NCBI RefSeq assembly: GCF_037042905.1
Contig: NC_087245.1
Location: forward strand, 6,512,001-6,576,000
Reading direction: 5' to 3'
DNA: 64,000 nucleotides
From: Lytechinus pictus
Taxonomy: Eukaryota
Positions 42,301 through 56,700 of this stretch are shown piece by piece (position 1 is the stretch's first letter; every line of letters starts with the position of its first letter). The translations under genes and the position numbers were made by a program. The notes below the pieces were generated by a model that was not told the origin of the DNA, did no database searches, and was given only the letters and a program-made list of their open reading frames with translations.

Positions 42301-45300
42301 TGGATATGACTATCTCTACATTGGACTTGGTCACAATAAATCAACTAATAACTCTGTTGTCCTTGAGCTAACAGGATCTATGGCTCCTACAAGATACTAT
42401 CTTGGAATGAAGTCATATTTCCACTTTTTATCTGATTCATCTGATTCACGATCTGGGTTCTTATTGAATGTGACATCAATTCCATTTGAATGTAAGTATG
42501 AAGAGAGTCCTTATCTATTTCTACTGGTGATTGTTTTGTAAAATTTTGATTTAAATCTTAGTCTTGTATGAGGTTTCTTTGAAATATAACTTTTAACCTT
42601 AATCCTGGGTATATAATTGCTCCCCTTACGATCTCGGCTGTGGATTGTGTGATCGTGATACAAATTTGCATGAGGGTAGAGAATGATAATGAGAATGGTA
42701 GAGAATGATATGATCTATGTGATGGCATACATATGTAGGTGCATTTTATAAAAATTGATATATTTTACTTTACATGAATTAACTATCTTAATTTATTCAT
42801 AAATTCTTATTTTTTGCTCTACTTCACTAAATGTGACCAGATTCCCAATGCTAAAAAGAACTCGCCCAAAAATGAATTTTAAGATTTTCATTGAGTTTGA
42901 AAAAGCAGGTCCTGAGCTTTAAAGTAATATATACTAGCAGCTTGTGAAAACTGCTCTACAATTACGTACACAAATAATAGAATGCACGAGAAACTATTAA
43001 GAGACAGCTTTCAAGAAATAAGTGGAAAACAATGTTGAAGTTCAGGTTTCACTCAAGTACTGCAAACTCGGTGAAACTTCTAAGCAGTCCACATACAAAT
43101 TTGTGTCTAAGCTAATCTTGTATCTTGCTTTCCGTTCAACTGTACACTTTCAATTCTGACAGTATTTTGAAGAATAATTTATCTTCCAGATGAGTTTATT
43201 TTTTTAATTTTTGCTTTTTGAAGGCCATATTACTATTTTGGTTATTCACAGAGAACTTTTTTCTGGCAAATTTTTGTTGGTTTTGGGGTAGCTGTTCACA
43301 AATATACTCGTAGAATGCTGATTATCTTTATAGCATTCCTAACAATTGTAAATGAAAAGAATTTTGCTATCAAAATTATTTTTCTTTTTATTTTTTTTTT
43401 ATTTCTTAGGTCTTTTATCGTTTTACTTTTATTTATTTATTTATTTATTTTTTTTTTTTTTTTTTTTTTTTGGGGGGGGGCATTATTCGTTGGTGACATT
43501 ACTTCAGCCATAAATAGCATCAAGTTAATTGACTGTTATCAATAAAAAAAAATTTAAATCACTCATTTTATAAATATTATCTGAAAACACATATTGCATT
43601 GACTTTGTAAGTGAAAACATGATTTTGAGCAATTTTTGGTCTTACCTGCATGTACATTATATTGTGAATTTTGTAACCACATACCAAGGCATCACTAATT
43701 TTGTCTCTTTAAGTGTGCAAGACTTGAAAGTAGAAAGTCAGCTAGAGGCGTGGTTGACAATTTTGTGCAGCTGATTTATTGCAAATAATGGAGGATAAGG
43801 GTTCAAAATAGTTTATTATGTCATATTGTCATATTTTTCTCCAATAACCCAATCTCTTTTTACACTCAAATGCCACATTTTACTTCCATACTGTATCATC
43901 AGATTTATGCAACTCCTATAAACTAGTCCTTTCATCTTCAGAGAAAACCTTTCTTCATAGAAAAGAAAAGATAAATTATTGGGGTTAGAATAGATTATCA
44001 AGTAAGTTTGTCACATTTTCTCCAATAATCCCCATCTTCTTCTTATTCTTTAAATGCCACATTTTACTCCCATACTGTATCATCAAATTTATGCAACTCC
44101 TATAAACTAATCCTTTCATCTTCAGAGAAAACCCTTCCCCATATAACAACTCCACACAATCTCTATACTTGATCCATCCAAATTGATCTTTTCATATTTT
44201 TCCAGTAACTGAATCTTGTGATGCAGACCAGAGAGTTCTGGTAGGATCTAGTTGTGATGGAGTCATAGATTGTTTTGATAAATCAGATGAACTTGGATGT
44301 GGTAAGTCTGTTCCTTAGTTTAAGTATTATTTTTTATCTGGTTATTTATACAAAAAAAGAAGGTACATTAATGCATAGTGGCAAGAGAATGAATAACTTG
44401 GCGGGGAATTTCATTGTCAACTTTTTTTACTGTGCCATAGGGTAATGTGTTGGTTAAGAGAAGAATTGAAAATTGGATTGTACACCCTTTTTAGATGCAT
44501 TTTTTTAAATTGGTTTTGTTATTTACATGTACTTGATTAAAAATTGTAACTTAGAATGATTGCCCAGCGAAAAAGAAAGATTTGTAGCTAAAATGTAGGC
44601 TTCCAACTCTTTCTTAAAGGGCAGTGACATCTTACCTGAGACTCCATTGAAGTTTCATTCTGTTTTTCTCTTATCTTATCTGTGCTAGTCTAAGCTCTAG
44701 TCTTAGGAGTTACGTGACCAGTATGTTATGTTCCTGTTAGTATATCAAGTTTATTTCACCAATTTTAGAGAAAAGTGATAATACAAATACTTTAAGGGTT
44801 GGTAAATTAACACATTGAACTGACCAACTAATAAAGGTTATATAACATTGTAAAAAAGTATCTCATGCTGATTTTTATTTGTTTTCTTGATGCCTCATGT
44901 CATTCACTTTGTTAAGAAAATGTTTGTAAGGTCTTGATACTAATAAAGTACGAAATTGATGTAATTAACATTTTTAAAGCAAATTCACAATTCCCAGTTC
45001 TGGAAAGATTTACAGCAAACTGATTCATTGATAGAATTATCACTGGGCAACAAAGCAAAGTACATGTATGTACATTTTATGAATTACTTCTGATATTGAC
45101 TATTGTAATTATTTCCAAGGATTTTTGTTACTTTCTATAATATCAGACTCAAGCTGTCCCTCAGATGGTGTTCAAACTATTCCTGCCTCGATGCCTTACA
45201 ACATCATGTCTAAAAACTACCCAATGGACTATGATAATAACCTGAACTGTTTGTGGCTTCTCCAAGCTGATGCTAACCATTCTTTAGTCATTGACATCCT

Positions 45301-48300
45301 TGACTTCACATTGGAAAGTGGATATGACTATCTCTACATTGGACTTGGTCACAATCAATCAAATGAGAACTCTGTTGTCCTTGAGCTAACAGGATCTATA
45401 ACTCCAACTAGATACTATCTTGGAATGAAGTTGTATCTTCAATTTTTATCTGATTCATTTGTTTCACGATCTGGGTTCTCATTGAATGTGACATCCATTC
45501 CATTTGAATGTAAGTATGTTATGAGTGTGAAGTCTTGCACAAATTTGGAGACCAAATTTGCGACTTACGGGTATATCATGGTAACGCCATTTGACTTTCT
45601 AAAGGATAATGTTAAGCCGAAAAAAGCTAATTTTTATACTTTTTGTACAAAGTCTTTGGGAGATGAAATTCATAAAAGGTGATTATTTTTATTTCTATTT
45701 GGACTGCTTCATTAAATTAGGGTTCGATTTAAATGTGGAATGGGCTGCAAAAATTTCCAATCAAAACAAAAGATAAAAAAACAAAGAAATGCTAAAAAAA
45801 AAAAGGAAAGAAATGTATCAGGGAAAATTCGGTTTTTGCATTTCTTCTTTATTGAAAATTTGACATGAAATTACATAGAGGACATCTAGGAAAAAAATAG
45901 AATATGAAGTTAAATTGGCTGTCTAATATCATATGTTTTTCACATTGAATGAATTTACATATTTTTTTTCTAATAAAAAAAAGATTATACATGTACTTGT
46001 TCATAGTTAATGTGGTAAGGAATATGCGTGCCAAATTTTGGCGCGATTCTGTGAAGGGCTGGCGGCCGTGATCAGAAGGGAGTTCATTATGGCCCCACCT
46101 TGTTCCTCAAAATCATCTTAAACAGCCCAGTCCTTTAACCCAATAGGACTGGGTTATTTGAGATGTATTGAGGACTGGGGGGCCATGATGGCCCCCTCCC
46201 TTTCTGATCTCGGCCGCCGTTCGCGCAATCGCGCCGAAATTTGGCACGCACATTCTTTACCACATAAACTACAAGCTAGTATAAAAGAAATTTCTGGAAA
46301 AAAAATGTTTTAATTTTTATGAATAAAATATGCAAATTTATTCATGAAAACAATATTTGCATATTTAACACCCTACATGTATTTCACTTCAAATTTTCTT
46401 CTTTTTTTACAGATGTCATCTTTGTAATTTAATTAAAAGTTTTCCACAAAGAAAATTTGCGAAAGCCAATTTTTTCCTCATGTATTTCTTTGGTTTTAGA
46501 ATTTTTATGTATTTCTTGTAATTTTTCTTTTGTTTTTCAATTTTTTTTCATTGGAAATTATTACAGACCATTTAACAACTAAATTAAACCTTGAATTAAT
46601 TAAGCAGACCAATAATATAATCTCCCATAGGCTTTGTACACAGAGTACAAAAATGAGCCATTTTGAGCATGACATTGCCTTGTAAAAAGTCATGTGATGC
46701 GCGATGGTACATTGTATACCTGTATGTCACAAATTTGGTCTCAAAAGTTGCGCGAGACTTCAAAGAAAAAAGTCATACAATTTTGAGGCGCTATCTTCTT
46801 GCATTTCAAAAATATTGTGCGAAGCGTCGAGGGCCATCATGCTGCCACCCCCCCCCCCCCCCCCCCCCCGTCCTTCAGAGTTCAGAGAAGATTAAAAAAA
46901 ACTTGTAATGTGGAAAGAGAGTGGGAAAATGACGAAAGTAAGAGAGAAGGAAAACATTCAAATGGCCGGCAATAGAAATAAGCTGCTATAAGAAAGAATG
47001 AAAAGAGTGTGTATTACATATAGTCTTTCCTCAAAAAGTTCTTTCAAATAATTGAAATGGATTCCAGGAATTTTATCTTTGAAACGCATAAGCATGTACA
47101 TGTAGTAGCTGCTGTAATTTATAATACTGCATTTAATCTAGAATGCATTTAGGGTTCTAATAAGGGAAGTGATGAATGTTTTATGAGTATGATTCTTATT
47201 GAAATATGAAATTTTGATAACAGGATTTTTTTAGATATTTTATTACAAGTAATATTTTTGTATTTTTTTCCAGTAACTGAATCATGTGATGCAGACCAGA
47301 GAGTTCTTGAAGGATCTTATTGTGATGGAGTCATGGATTGTTTTGATAAGTCAGATGAATTTGAATGCGGTAAGTCTTATTATTTTCATAATTTTTAGTT
47401 TAGTGTTACTATTTGAATTAGCATTTTGTATGTAAATAATACATGTAGGTTTATTTATATATTGGTGCAAGAGCTTTTTTTAGGGGGAATTTCTGTTTAA
47501 ATTTTTTTCTCTGTCTCTAAAAGAGAATTTGTTTGTTAAAAGAAAGACTGAAAAATATATGTCCATTAGAAGAGTGACACGGTTTAGTGCTGTTTTTGTC
47601 TCGCCTGCATAGCAGAGCGAGACTATAAGCGCCGCTTTTCCGACGGCGGCGGCGGCGGCGTCAACATCAAATCTTAACCTAAGGTTAAGTTTTTGAAATG
47701 ACATCATAACTTGGAAAGTATATGGACCTAGTTCATGAAACTTGGACATAAGGTTGATCAAGTATTACTGAACATCCTGCCTGAGTTTCAGGTCACATGA
47801 CCAAGGTCAAAGGTCATTTAGGGTCAATGAACTTAGACCATGTTGGGAAAATTATTTTCAAAATCTTAACCGAAGGTTAAGTTTTTGAAATGACATCATA
47901 ACTTAGAAAGTATATGGACCTAGTTCATGAAACTTGGGCATAAGGTTAATCAAGTATTAGTGAACATCCTGGTCGAGTTTCAGGTCATGTGACCAAGGTC
48001 AAAGGTCATTTAGGGTCAATGAACTTTGGTCAAGTTGGGGGTATTTGTTGAATTACTATCATAACTTTGAAAATTTATGGATCTAGTCCATGAAACTTAG
48101 ACATAAGGTTAATCAAGTATAAGTGACCATCCTGCCTGAGTTTCAGGTCACATGACCAAGATCAAAGGTCATTTAGGGTCAATGAACTTTGGCCAAGTTG
48201 GGGGTATTTGTTGAATTACCATCATAACTTTGAAAATTTATGGATTTAGTTCATGAAACTTGGACATTAGGTTAATCAAGTACCACTGAATATCCTGTGT

Positions 48301-50761
48301 GAGTTTCAGGTCATATGACCATGGTCAATGGTCATTTAAGGTCAATGAACTTTGGCCGTGTTGGGGGTATATGTTAAATTACCATCCTAGCTCTGAAAGT
48401 TTATGGATCTAGTTCATAAAACTTGGACATAAGAGTAATCAAGTATCACTGAACATCCTGTACGAGTTTCAGGTCACATGACCATGGTCAAAGGTCATTA
48501 AAGGTCAATGAACTTTGGCCGTGTTGGGGGTATTTGTTGAATTACCATCCTAGCTCTGAAAGTTTATGGATCTAGTTCATAAAACTTGGACATAAGAGTA
48601 ATCAAGTATCACTGAACATCCTGTACGAGTTTCAGGTCACATGACCATGGTCAAAGGTCATTAAAGGTCAATGAACTTTGGCCGTGTTGGGGGTATTTGT
48701 TGAATTACCATCCTAACTGTGAAAGTTTATGGATCTAGTTCATAAATCTTGGGATATAAGAGTAATCAAGCATCACTGAACATCCCCTGTGAGTTTCAGG
48801 TCACAAAACCAAGTCAAAGGTCAGTTAAGGTCAATAAACTTAGGCCATGTTGGGGTAATTGTTGAAGTGCCATCATAACTTTGAAAGTTTATGGATAGAG
48901 TGAATGAAATGTGGACATGGGTGTAGTTGACAGTCTTAAGTCTCCGTTCAAATGTCATTCATGGTCAATGAACGTGGTATTATGTCATTATATGAATGAT
49001 GTTTTTGTGAATGATTATTTTATAGTAGTTTTCAAAGTTAGCACTGCTGCTATATTAAATTGCGTAATGCAGGCGAGACTGCCAGAGGCGTTCCACTTGT
49101 ATAAAAGTAGTCCTTTCTAGCAGTCTCTTTGCTGGACTTTATCTCTTTTATTTCATGAACCCTTACAATCCCTGGTGTTTTGAGTCTTGTCTGTCTGGGG
49201 GAGGAGAATTATTCCTCTCCCCCCTTTAAGATATTGGTCGCTGATCTTGCGACCACAAAAATGATATAAACTTTGCAATTGATCGAAATTTCACTCAATG
49301 TATATATTTTCTACGAATTAATTATGCTTATTTATGTACAAAATAATACTGGCCATTATTCACTAAATAAAGTTGCTAGAATACTTTTTTTTTTATTGTG
49401 GATATTATTTCTGGCAAAATTTTGGTACTAAAATTGGTTGTTTTTCATTGTTTTTAATTTCTTCTATCTATCTTTGTGTTTTTAACTTTTGATTTTTACA
49501 ATTTTTTCAATGATTTTTTGTGAGGGCTTGCATGCCTCCAGGCAACAGTGTTGAATTTTAATTTGCGAGCCCTGGCCCATAGAAAATCCTTTTAGTGAGG
49601 ATGCAAAATGACCTCACAATTTTGCACGATAAATGTGTAATATGAAAAGTTCATATGAATTTTATGATATTTTTTGTTGTCTTACTCAACTTTTGAGAAC
49701 AATTTTTTTCCAAAGTTATGCAATATTTTGCAAGAACATATTACACCTGAAATTGCTCAAAATGATGCTCAAGTGGTTATGTATTTTCACACCCAACTTT
49801 GTGGTTGCTTTTATTTGCTATTTATTGATTTCCCAGCTTATTAAGGATTGGTTGGGCAGCCAATTTTTATTTCATTTAGGTAAAAACAATTCTGATTGTA
49901 TGTCCTTGTTGCCTCATTCATGTTTATCTTTAATAATAGTACAAAAAAGTTGCTATGCTTGTTTTCCTTCTTCTCCTGGAAACAGTACAGGCCACTGGCT
50001 GGTGTATTGTCGTACTGCTTGTCAATTACTAGAAGATAGATACAAAATTGATGTTAATTTCAGTTGGAAGTTCAATTTATTAATGTCAATGCTGAACTGA
50101 ATGACAGCAAAGTGATTCATTAACTAACATTTTGTTTCTTTTCTTTTCTTTTGAATATTAGGTACAAGCTGTCCCTCTAACAATAGTATTCAGACTATTC
50201 CTTCCTCGATGCCTTACTCCATCATTTCTGACAACTACCCTTTTAATTACAACAATAATTTTGAGTGTTTATGGCTTCTCCAAGCTGCTGCTAACCATTC
50301 TTTAGTCATTGATGTCTTGGTCTTCACATTGGAAAGTGGATATGACTATCTCTACATTGGACTTGGTCACAACCAATCAACTAATAACTCTGTTGTCCTT
50401 GAGCTTACTGGATCTATAGCCCCAACGAGATACTATCTTGGAATGAGGTCATATCTTCAATTTGTATCTGATTCTTCTATTTCACGGTCCGGTTTCTTAT
50501 TAAAAGTGGCATCCATTACATTAGAATGTAAGTAGGCAGGGTTGTGTTAAAAATTCAAAGTTACTAAACATGTAAGAACAAAATAGATCTTGAATAGTTG
50601 TTATGAAAATAGTGGTAGTTGTAGCATTAGTATGAGAAGAACTGCTGTTATTTTCATTGTCATAATATTGGTAATGATAAAGCAGTAGTACATATAGGAG
50701 TAGTAATGATAGTTAAAGTAGTGGCAGCAGCAGTAATACTAGTAGTTGTTAGTAGTAAATA

Positions 50762-50794
<33 letters not shown>

Positions 50795-53700
50795 TGGTAG
50801 TGGTAGTGGTAGTGGTTGTGGTTGTGGTTGTAGTAGTAGTAGTAGTAGTAGTAGTAGTTGTAGTTGTAGTTGTAGTTGTAGTTGTAGTTGTAGTTGTAGT
50901 AGTAGTTGTAGTTGTAGTTGTAGTTGTAGTTGTAGTTGTAGTTGTAGTTGTAGTTGTAGTTGTAGTTGTAGTTGTAGTTGTAGTTGTAGTTGTAGTAGTA
51001 GTAGTAGTAGAAGAAGAATTAGTAGTGGTGGCAGAATTAGTTGTAGATGTAGTAGTAGTTGTGGTACTGGTAGTAATGATGCTACCACTTGTCGCTGTTG
51101 TTGTTGTATTCAGCGTAAGAAGTAGCAGAAATAGAAGTTATGATAGCAGTATTCCTTTTTATTTCTTAAAAGATTGTGATACCAATATACATGTATGGTA
51201 TGAATTCTATATGAACTTGACATTCATTCCCTAATATATTATAATTTGAAAGAGGAACAGTATTTTTTCCAAATGATATCTATCCCTCAAAATAGTCATT
51301 GAAAAATTGATTTTTCTCCAGTAACTGAATCTTGTGACGCAGACCAGAGAGTTCCAGTAGGATCTAAGTGTGATGGAGTCATGGATTGTTTTGATAATTC
51401 AGATGAACTTGGATGTGGTAGGTTAATCAATTTCTTCTTGTACAACCATGCATTTCTGTACGGATTGATGCCCCATTTGTATGGGTAGTTTCAGAGTTTT
51501 GTTTTGAATACATTTGCTTTCAAAAGCACCTAGTGGGAGATCACCTACATTGTTTACACGTAAACATGTAAAATCAATATTTTTTTTCTTCCAGCAGAAG
51601 GGAGAGAAAAGGATCAGTAAAATGTTCCTCACAAGCTATATGATGGTCAGGTTAATTTTTAGGAGTTATTAGTCATGGCACCAATTTGAAGTGGTGCCTT
51701 TTTTTCTTTGAGAAGTCAAGATTTACTCTTTTCTTTATTCAATGTACATGAAGTATGGTCTATTTTGGTCAGATTATTAATACCATTAGAATTGTGTTAT
51801 TAACTGCCCTAGTGAATACAAAAAGGAATCATGCCACTGTTATGCTGAAGCCCATGCTTACAGATTTCTCTTAAGTCTGGATTTATTTGTCCCAAAATTG
51901 TACTTTTTAAATCTATGTTTTCAATTTCGGTTTAACATGATGGGGATGCATGTCATAATGTAGTACATGTATCCTCAACATGATAAACAACATTTCTATG
52001 TGTTTTGCTGTTTCTTATGATGTAGAATTGGTGTGAATTGAGATCTTTAATTTGATGTTGAATGTATTTTTATGTAAATTTTTTGTAAAGGGTTATTGGA
52101 ATTCAGCTTTTCAGCCTTCTAGCCTTCCTTCCATCCCCCCATTGGTTTCCACGCAATAACTCGAAAAATATTAAATGGATTTTAAAAATTTTTGGTGTGT
52201 ACATGAAGGTAGATGACACCAAAATACAGGCTAAGTTTGATTTCGGAGCCCACAGGTTGCAGCTTATTATGCATGTTGGTTTCTGCATAGTAACTTAGGA
52301 AATAATCAACAGATTTCAAAGAACTCTGGTGTGTGTATATAGACAGATGACAGCAAAATACAGGCTAAGTTCGATTGCGAAGTCTGCAGGTCAAAGGTCA
52401 CAGCTCATATATGCAAGTTGGTTTCTGAATAGTAACTTAGGGAATAATAAACAAATTAACAAAATCATTGGTGTATATGCACGATATTATTAAGTTCAAT
52501 AGTATTGAATGAATTTCTGATTGCGTTAAGCGGGAGCATCTGTGTCCTTCTGTGTCCTTTGGACACGTTAAATTTCTAGTTTATTGAGTGTTTTATCCTT
52601 AAATCAGTGAGTTTTTTCATTCACATAAATGCTTCATTTTTCTAATGTAAACTGTCATTTAATTTGTATTTGATAAAATGTATTTAATCTTTATACAACA
52701 GAGACCAGTGAAATTAATGACTCAATCAAATTTTGTTTTGAATTGGATTTATACCATCAAACGCTTGAAAATCTCTGTTTGAAAAAGTATAGATGTTTAA
52801 CAGTTTAATTTGTTTCAATCCTAATCTAGCTAATATTTCACTCTCGGCTGGAGAAATATACAATCTGACATCACCTGGATATCCTTCCAACTATGACAAC
52901 AATCTTAACCTGGTATGGACCATATTAGCACCTTCAGATTATCGCATCATCATCTATGCAACAGACATCAGCACGGAACCTAACTATGATTTTCTTTATA
53001 TTGGCGAGGGATTGACCTTTGACCTCAACAATCTCTTAATGGAGTTTACAGGGTCTTATGATAGGAGTTTACAAGTTCTTCTGCCTGGGAATAAAGCTTT
53101 TATCAGCTTCACTAGTGACTATAGTACTACAAGACAGGGATTCTTCCTTGAAATATCAACTTCTGATCAACCAAGTAGGTTAGAGGAAGTGTACATGTAT
53201 GTTAGAGCATGAGAAAAAAATATGTCAAGAATTTTAAAGACAACACATAATTTTGCAGTTATATGTACATGTATCAGGTGTCATTTTTTTCTTCTGAATA
53301 GACCAAACTTGTGGGACTAACTATCAAGCATTCTGTAATTCTTTACTATTGAAAGTTTGCAAACTTTTGAACACAATCATGAAGTTTATTTTAGCTGAGC
53401 AAATTAGACTACTACATGTATTAGGGTACGATCATGAAAGCGCATATGTGTTGGTTGGAAATAAGGTATAGTTTACTTTTGTTCTCAACCCATAAAGAAA
53501 AAATCTGAAGAATTACCTCAAATTTTTTGGCTGCTAACTGCAGCCTTCCTCCGCGATGACCGATGTGACCTGATTTGACCTAGTGACATAATGAATGATA
53601 ATCGGGTCATAGATTATTCACCGAGGGCCAGATTTCTTGGACATCGACACCTTAGCTCCTCTTCCTTTGGAGTATCGCAGCACAATCACATCGAATCGCC

Positions 53701-56700
53701 TGGACATCACATTGACATTAACAAGGTACAAGTGCTGGACAGGTAGCCGTGGTACTTTGAGAGAGGAGTGAAAGAAGCGATCTATATCCAGACGTTCAAA
53801 CCTTCTCTCAACAGTGACGGGGGTGATACAAGCTTCAAAGTGTCTACAACCCTATTATCGATCACTACGTCATTAGATCAAATTGGTTCACATCATTTAT
53901 CTCTAAGGAAAGCGCCGTTAGCATCCAAAAATTTTGAGGTAATTCTTTGGATTTTTTTTCTTTATGCATTGAGAACAAAAGTTCAACTTTCCCAATTAAA
54001 TACATGCTTTTGGCAAAGGGTACTAAAAGGAAGCGGGATAGTACGAGAAATCTGCATAAACTGATTTTGTACCATGTTACAATTCAAAGCTTTTCTGAAA
54101 ATGCAGGCCTATAAGTGTACATGTACACTATTATTATTGTGGTACTTGTATATATGTTATTTTTTGTTTCAGCCGGTGATTGTGGGAATTCTCTTATGTC
54201 CTGTAACTCATCAGATGTCTGTATTTCTGCCTCAGCGTTTTGCGATAGTCTATCTGATTGCCTTAATGAAGATGATGAGATAAATTGTGGTATGTAGAAT
54301 AGTTTATGATAAAATCATTCCTTACGTCATCTTTAGCTAGTACATCCTTGCTTCCGATATCTTAGTGAACTCACCAGTCAATGTGATATAATTCAGTTTT
54401 TTTAATTTAATTTTTACCATTTCAGCTACAGTAATGAGAGTTATTAGATAATCCAGAGATATATACATGTATGTAGGAACTAGGATGGAAATAAATGAAA
54501 AGAAGATGGATGAAGTGATTGTAGGCATTCTGAAAAACAAAGAAGCAAATTGTTTAAGAATAAGAGAGGAGATTAAGATATCAATGAATCAAAGCTAATT
54601 TATTTCACTATTCATTTTGTGTGTACATGTATGCTTGTATTTGTTTATTTGTTTAGGTAATATAATAATCCTATTTATAATTTGTTTTCCATAACTTCAG
54701 ATGCCAGCTGTCCGTCAGATGGTCTTCAAACTATTCCTGCATCAACACCTTTATCCATCATTTCTGACAACTACCCTATAGCCTATAGCAATTTAATCAA
54801 GTGCTTATGGCTTCTCCAAGCTGAAGTTGACCATTCCCTGGTGATTGACATCCTTGACTTCACATTGGAAAGTGGATATGACTACCTCTACATTGGACTT
54901 GGACACAATCGATTAGATGAGAACTCTGTTGTCCTTGAGCTTACTGGATCTGTAACTCCAACAAGGTACTATCTTGGAATGCAGACATATCTCTACTTTG
55001 TTACAGATTCTACACGGACGCGATCTGGGTTCTCAATGAATGTGACATCAATTCCATTTGAATGTAAGTATGGAAAGATTTTGTTTACAAATCAATCATC
55101 TTCTCTAAAGTGACAGTTGATAAAAGTAAACAAAACATCTCAAATAATCAATGGTGACTTACTCTTTGGCTTTAATAAAAACGTTGGTAATGTTAACTAC
55201 ACTTGAGTAACATCAAACGTTGGAATGTTACAAATGCGTCGCAGTCATTAAATGATTAGAATAAGAATATGACCTTTTTCTTCTATTAGGATTTAAAAGT
55301 AAATGTAAGAAGTTGCAGTTGAAATATAGGCCCATTTTGTATCCTTTCTCTATACCTTGGAAAGGAGCTGGGCAACATTTACCCGTCTTGCAGCTTTTCA
55401 GATCAACTAGATACCTATGAATTTAAGATACAGTGTATGAATGTAGTGATCGAGGCTGAAATGATGGATCCATATCACTATTTCTAACTTAAGTAAACTC
55501 AGATTACCGTAACCTGTTAATGCCTGAGATAACTTGGTCTAGGGTGTATAATAAAAAAGTAGGGATATAGTTTGTAAATTCACCCTTTCTCATTTTTCTA
55601 TAGTAACTGAATCTTGTGATGTAGACCAGAGAGTTCCAATAGGATCTGATTGTGATGGAGTAATAGATTGTTTTGATAATTCAGATGAACTTGGATGTGG
55701 TAAGTTTAAAATACCAACTTTACGATTTTGGCTCATGTATGCATATGGGAATGATATTGTTTTCATCAGATTTGGGGGTCGTTGGGTCAAAGGTCTCACA
55801 CATGAATAAATGAAAGAAAATTGCCCTTCTGAAAATAAGAAGACTTGACAATTCAAAGGTTCAAACTTGCTATCTGATGTAGTGGTTACAAGGATCTGGT
55901 AATATTTAGCAGTCAGAAGGTCTGTACTTGGAGAGGTCAATCTACACATAGACGTTTTAACAATGTTACAACTTGCTCATATTGTAGACCTATTAGCAAA
56001 ATAAGAAGACTTGACAATTCAAAAGTTCAAACTTGCACTCTAATGTAGGGGTTAAAAGGGTCTGGTTATATTTAGTAGTCATAAGGTCTGAAGTTGTGGA
56101 GGTCAATAAACACATAAATAGTTCAACAATGCTACAACCTGCTGTTATTCATATGATCCATGTGACATTGATGATGTCATCAGATTTGGGGTCACAGGTC
56201 ATCAAGAATGAAAATGGCTCATATTTTGTATAATTTGATAGATATAATAAATAAATCAAATTTTAACATGTTTTTTTAATGCCTATTAGACTGATAATCT
56301 AATTGGATATCCTGAAAGAAGTGTGCAAATTTAAATATTAAATTTGTTCCCCAAAAATGTAGCCCTGGTGGAGGTGTGAATTTTTACTGCTTGAGTTGAG
56401 AAAATAATTGATTTGAAATTGAAATTGCCTGTATCTCATGGCTTATAGAATGTGTATTGCAACAGAACTTTATATACAGTAGGCAATTTTATGAAATATT
56501 CAAATTCATTGAATATCTGACCCCCAATATTCTAACTTTATTCCACTTCACTTACTGGACAATCTATAATAATTTGAGAGTAATACAAGAAGACAAATCA
56601 TTTCAGGATTGTCAAACATATAAAAGGAATGGAGATACATACTTTATAAGTCTTTAATCATATTTTACTTAATTCATTTTGTTCTGTAGTATGGAAGCAC

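Noticed and set aside
46663..46908. Poly-proline ORFs
   Set aside because: They come from a poly-C run in the MITE end.
47700..48975. CRISPR-like or regularly spaced repeat array
   Set aside because: Eukaryotic context, the whole 163-bp unit repeats with no unique spacers, and it is bounded by HINE-type ends.
50660..51234. Poly-Val, poly-Ser/Cys and poly-Leu/Gln ORFs
   Set aside because: They are translations of the (GTA)n/(GTAGTT)n microsatellite.
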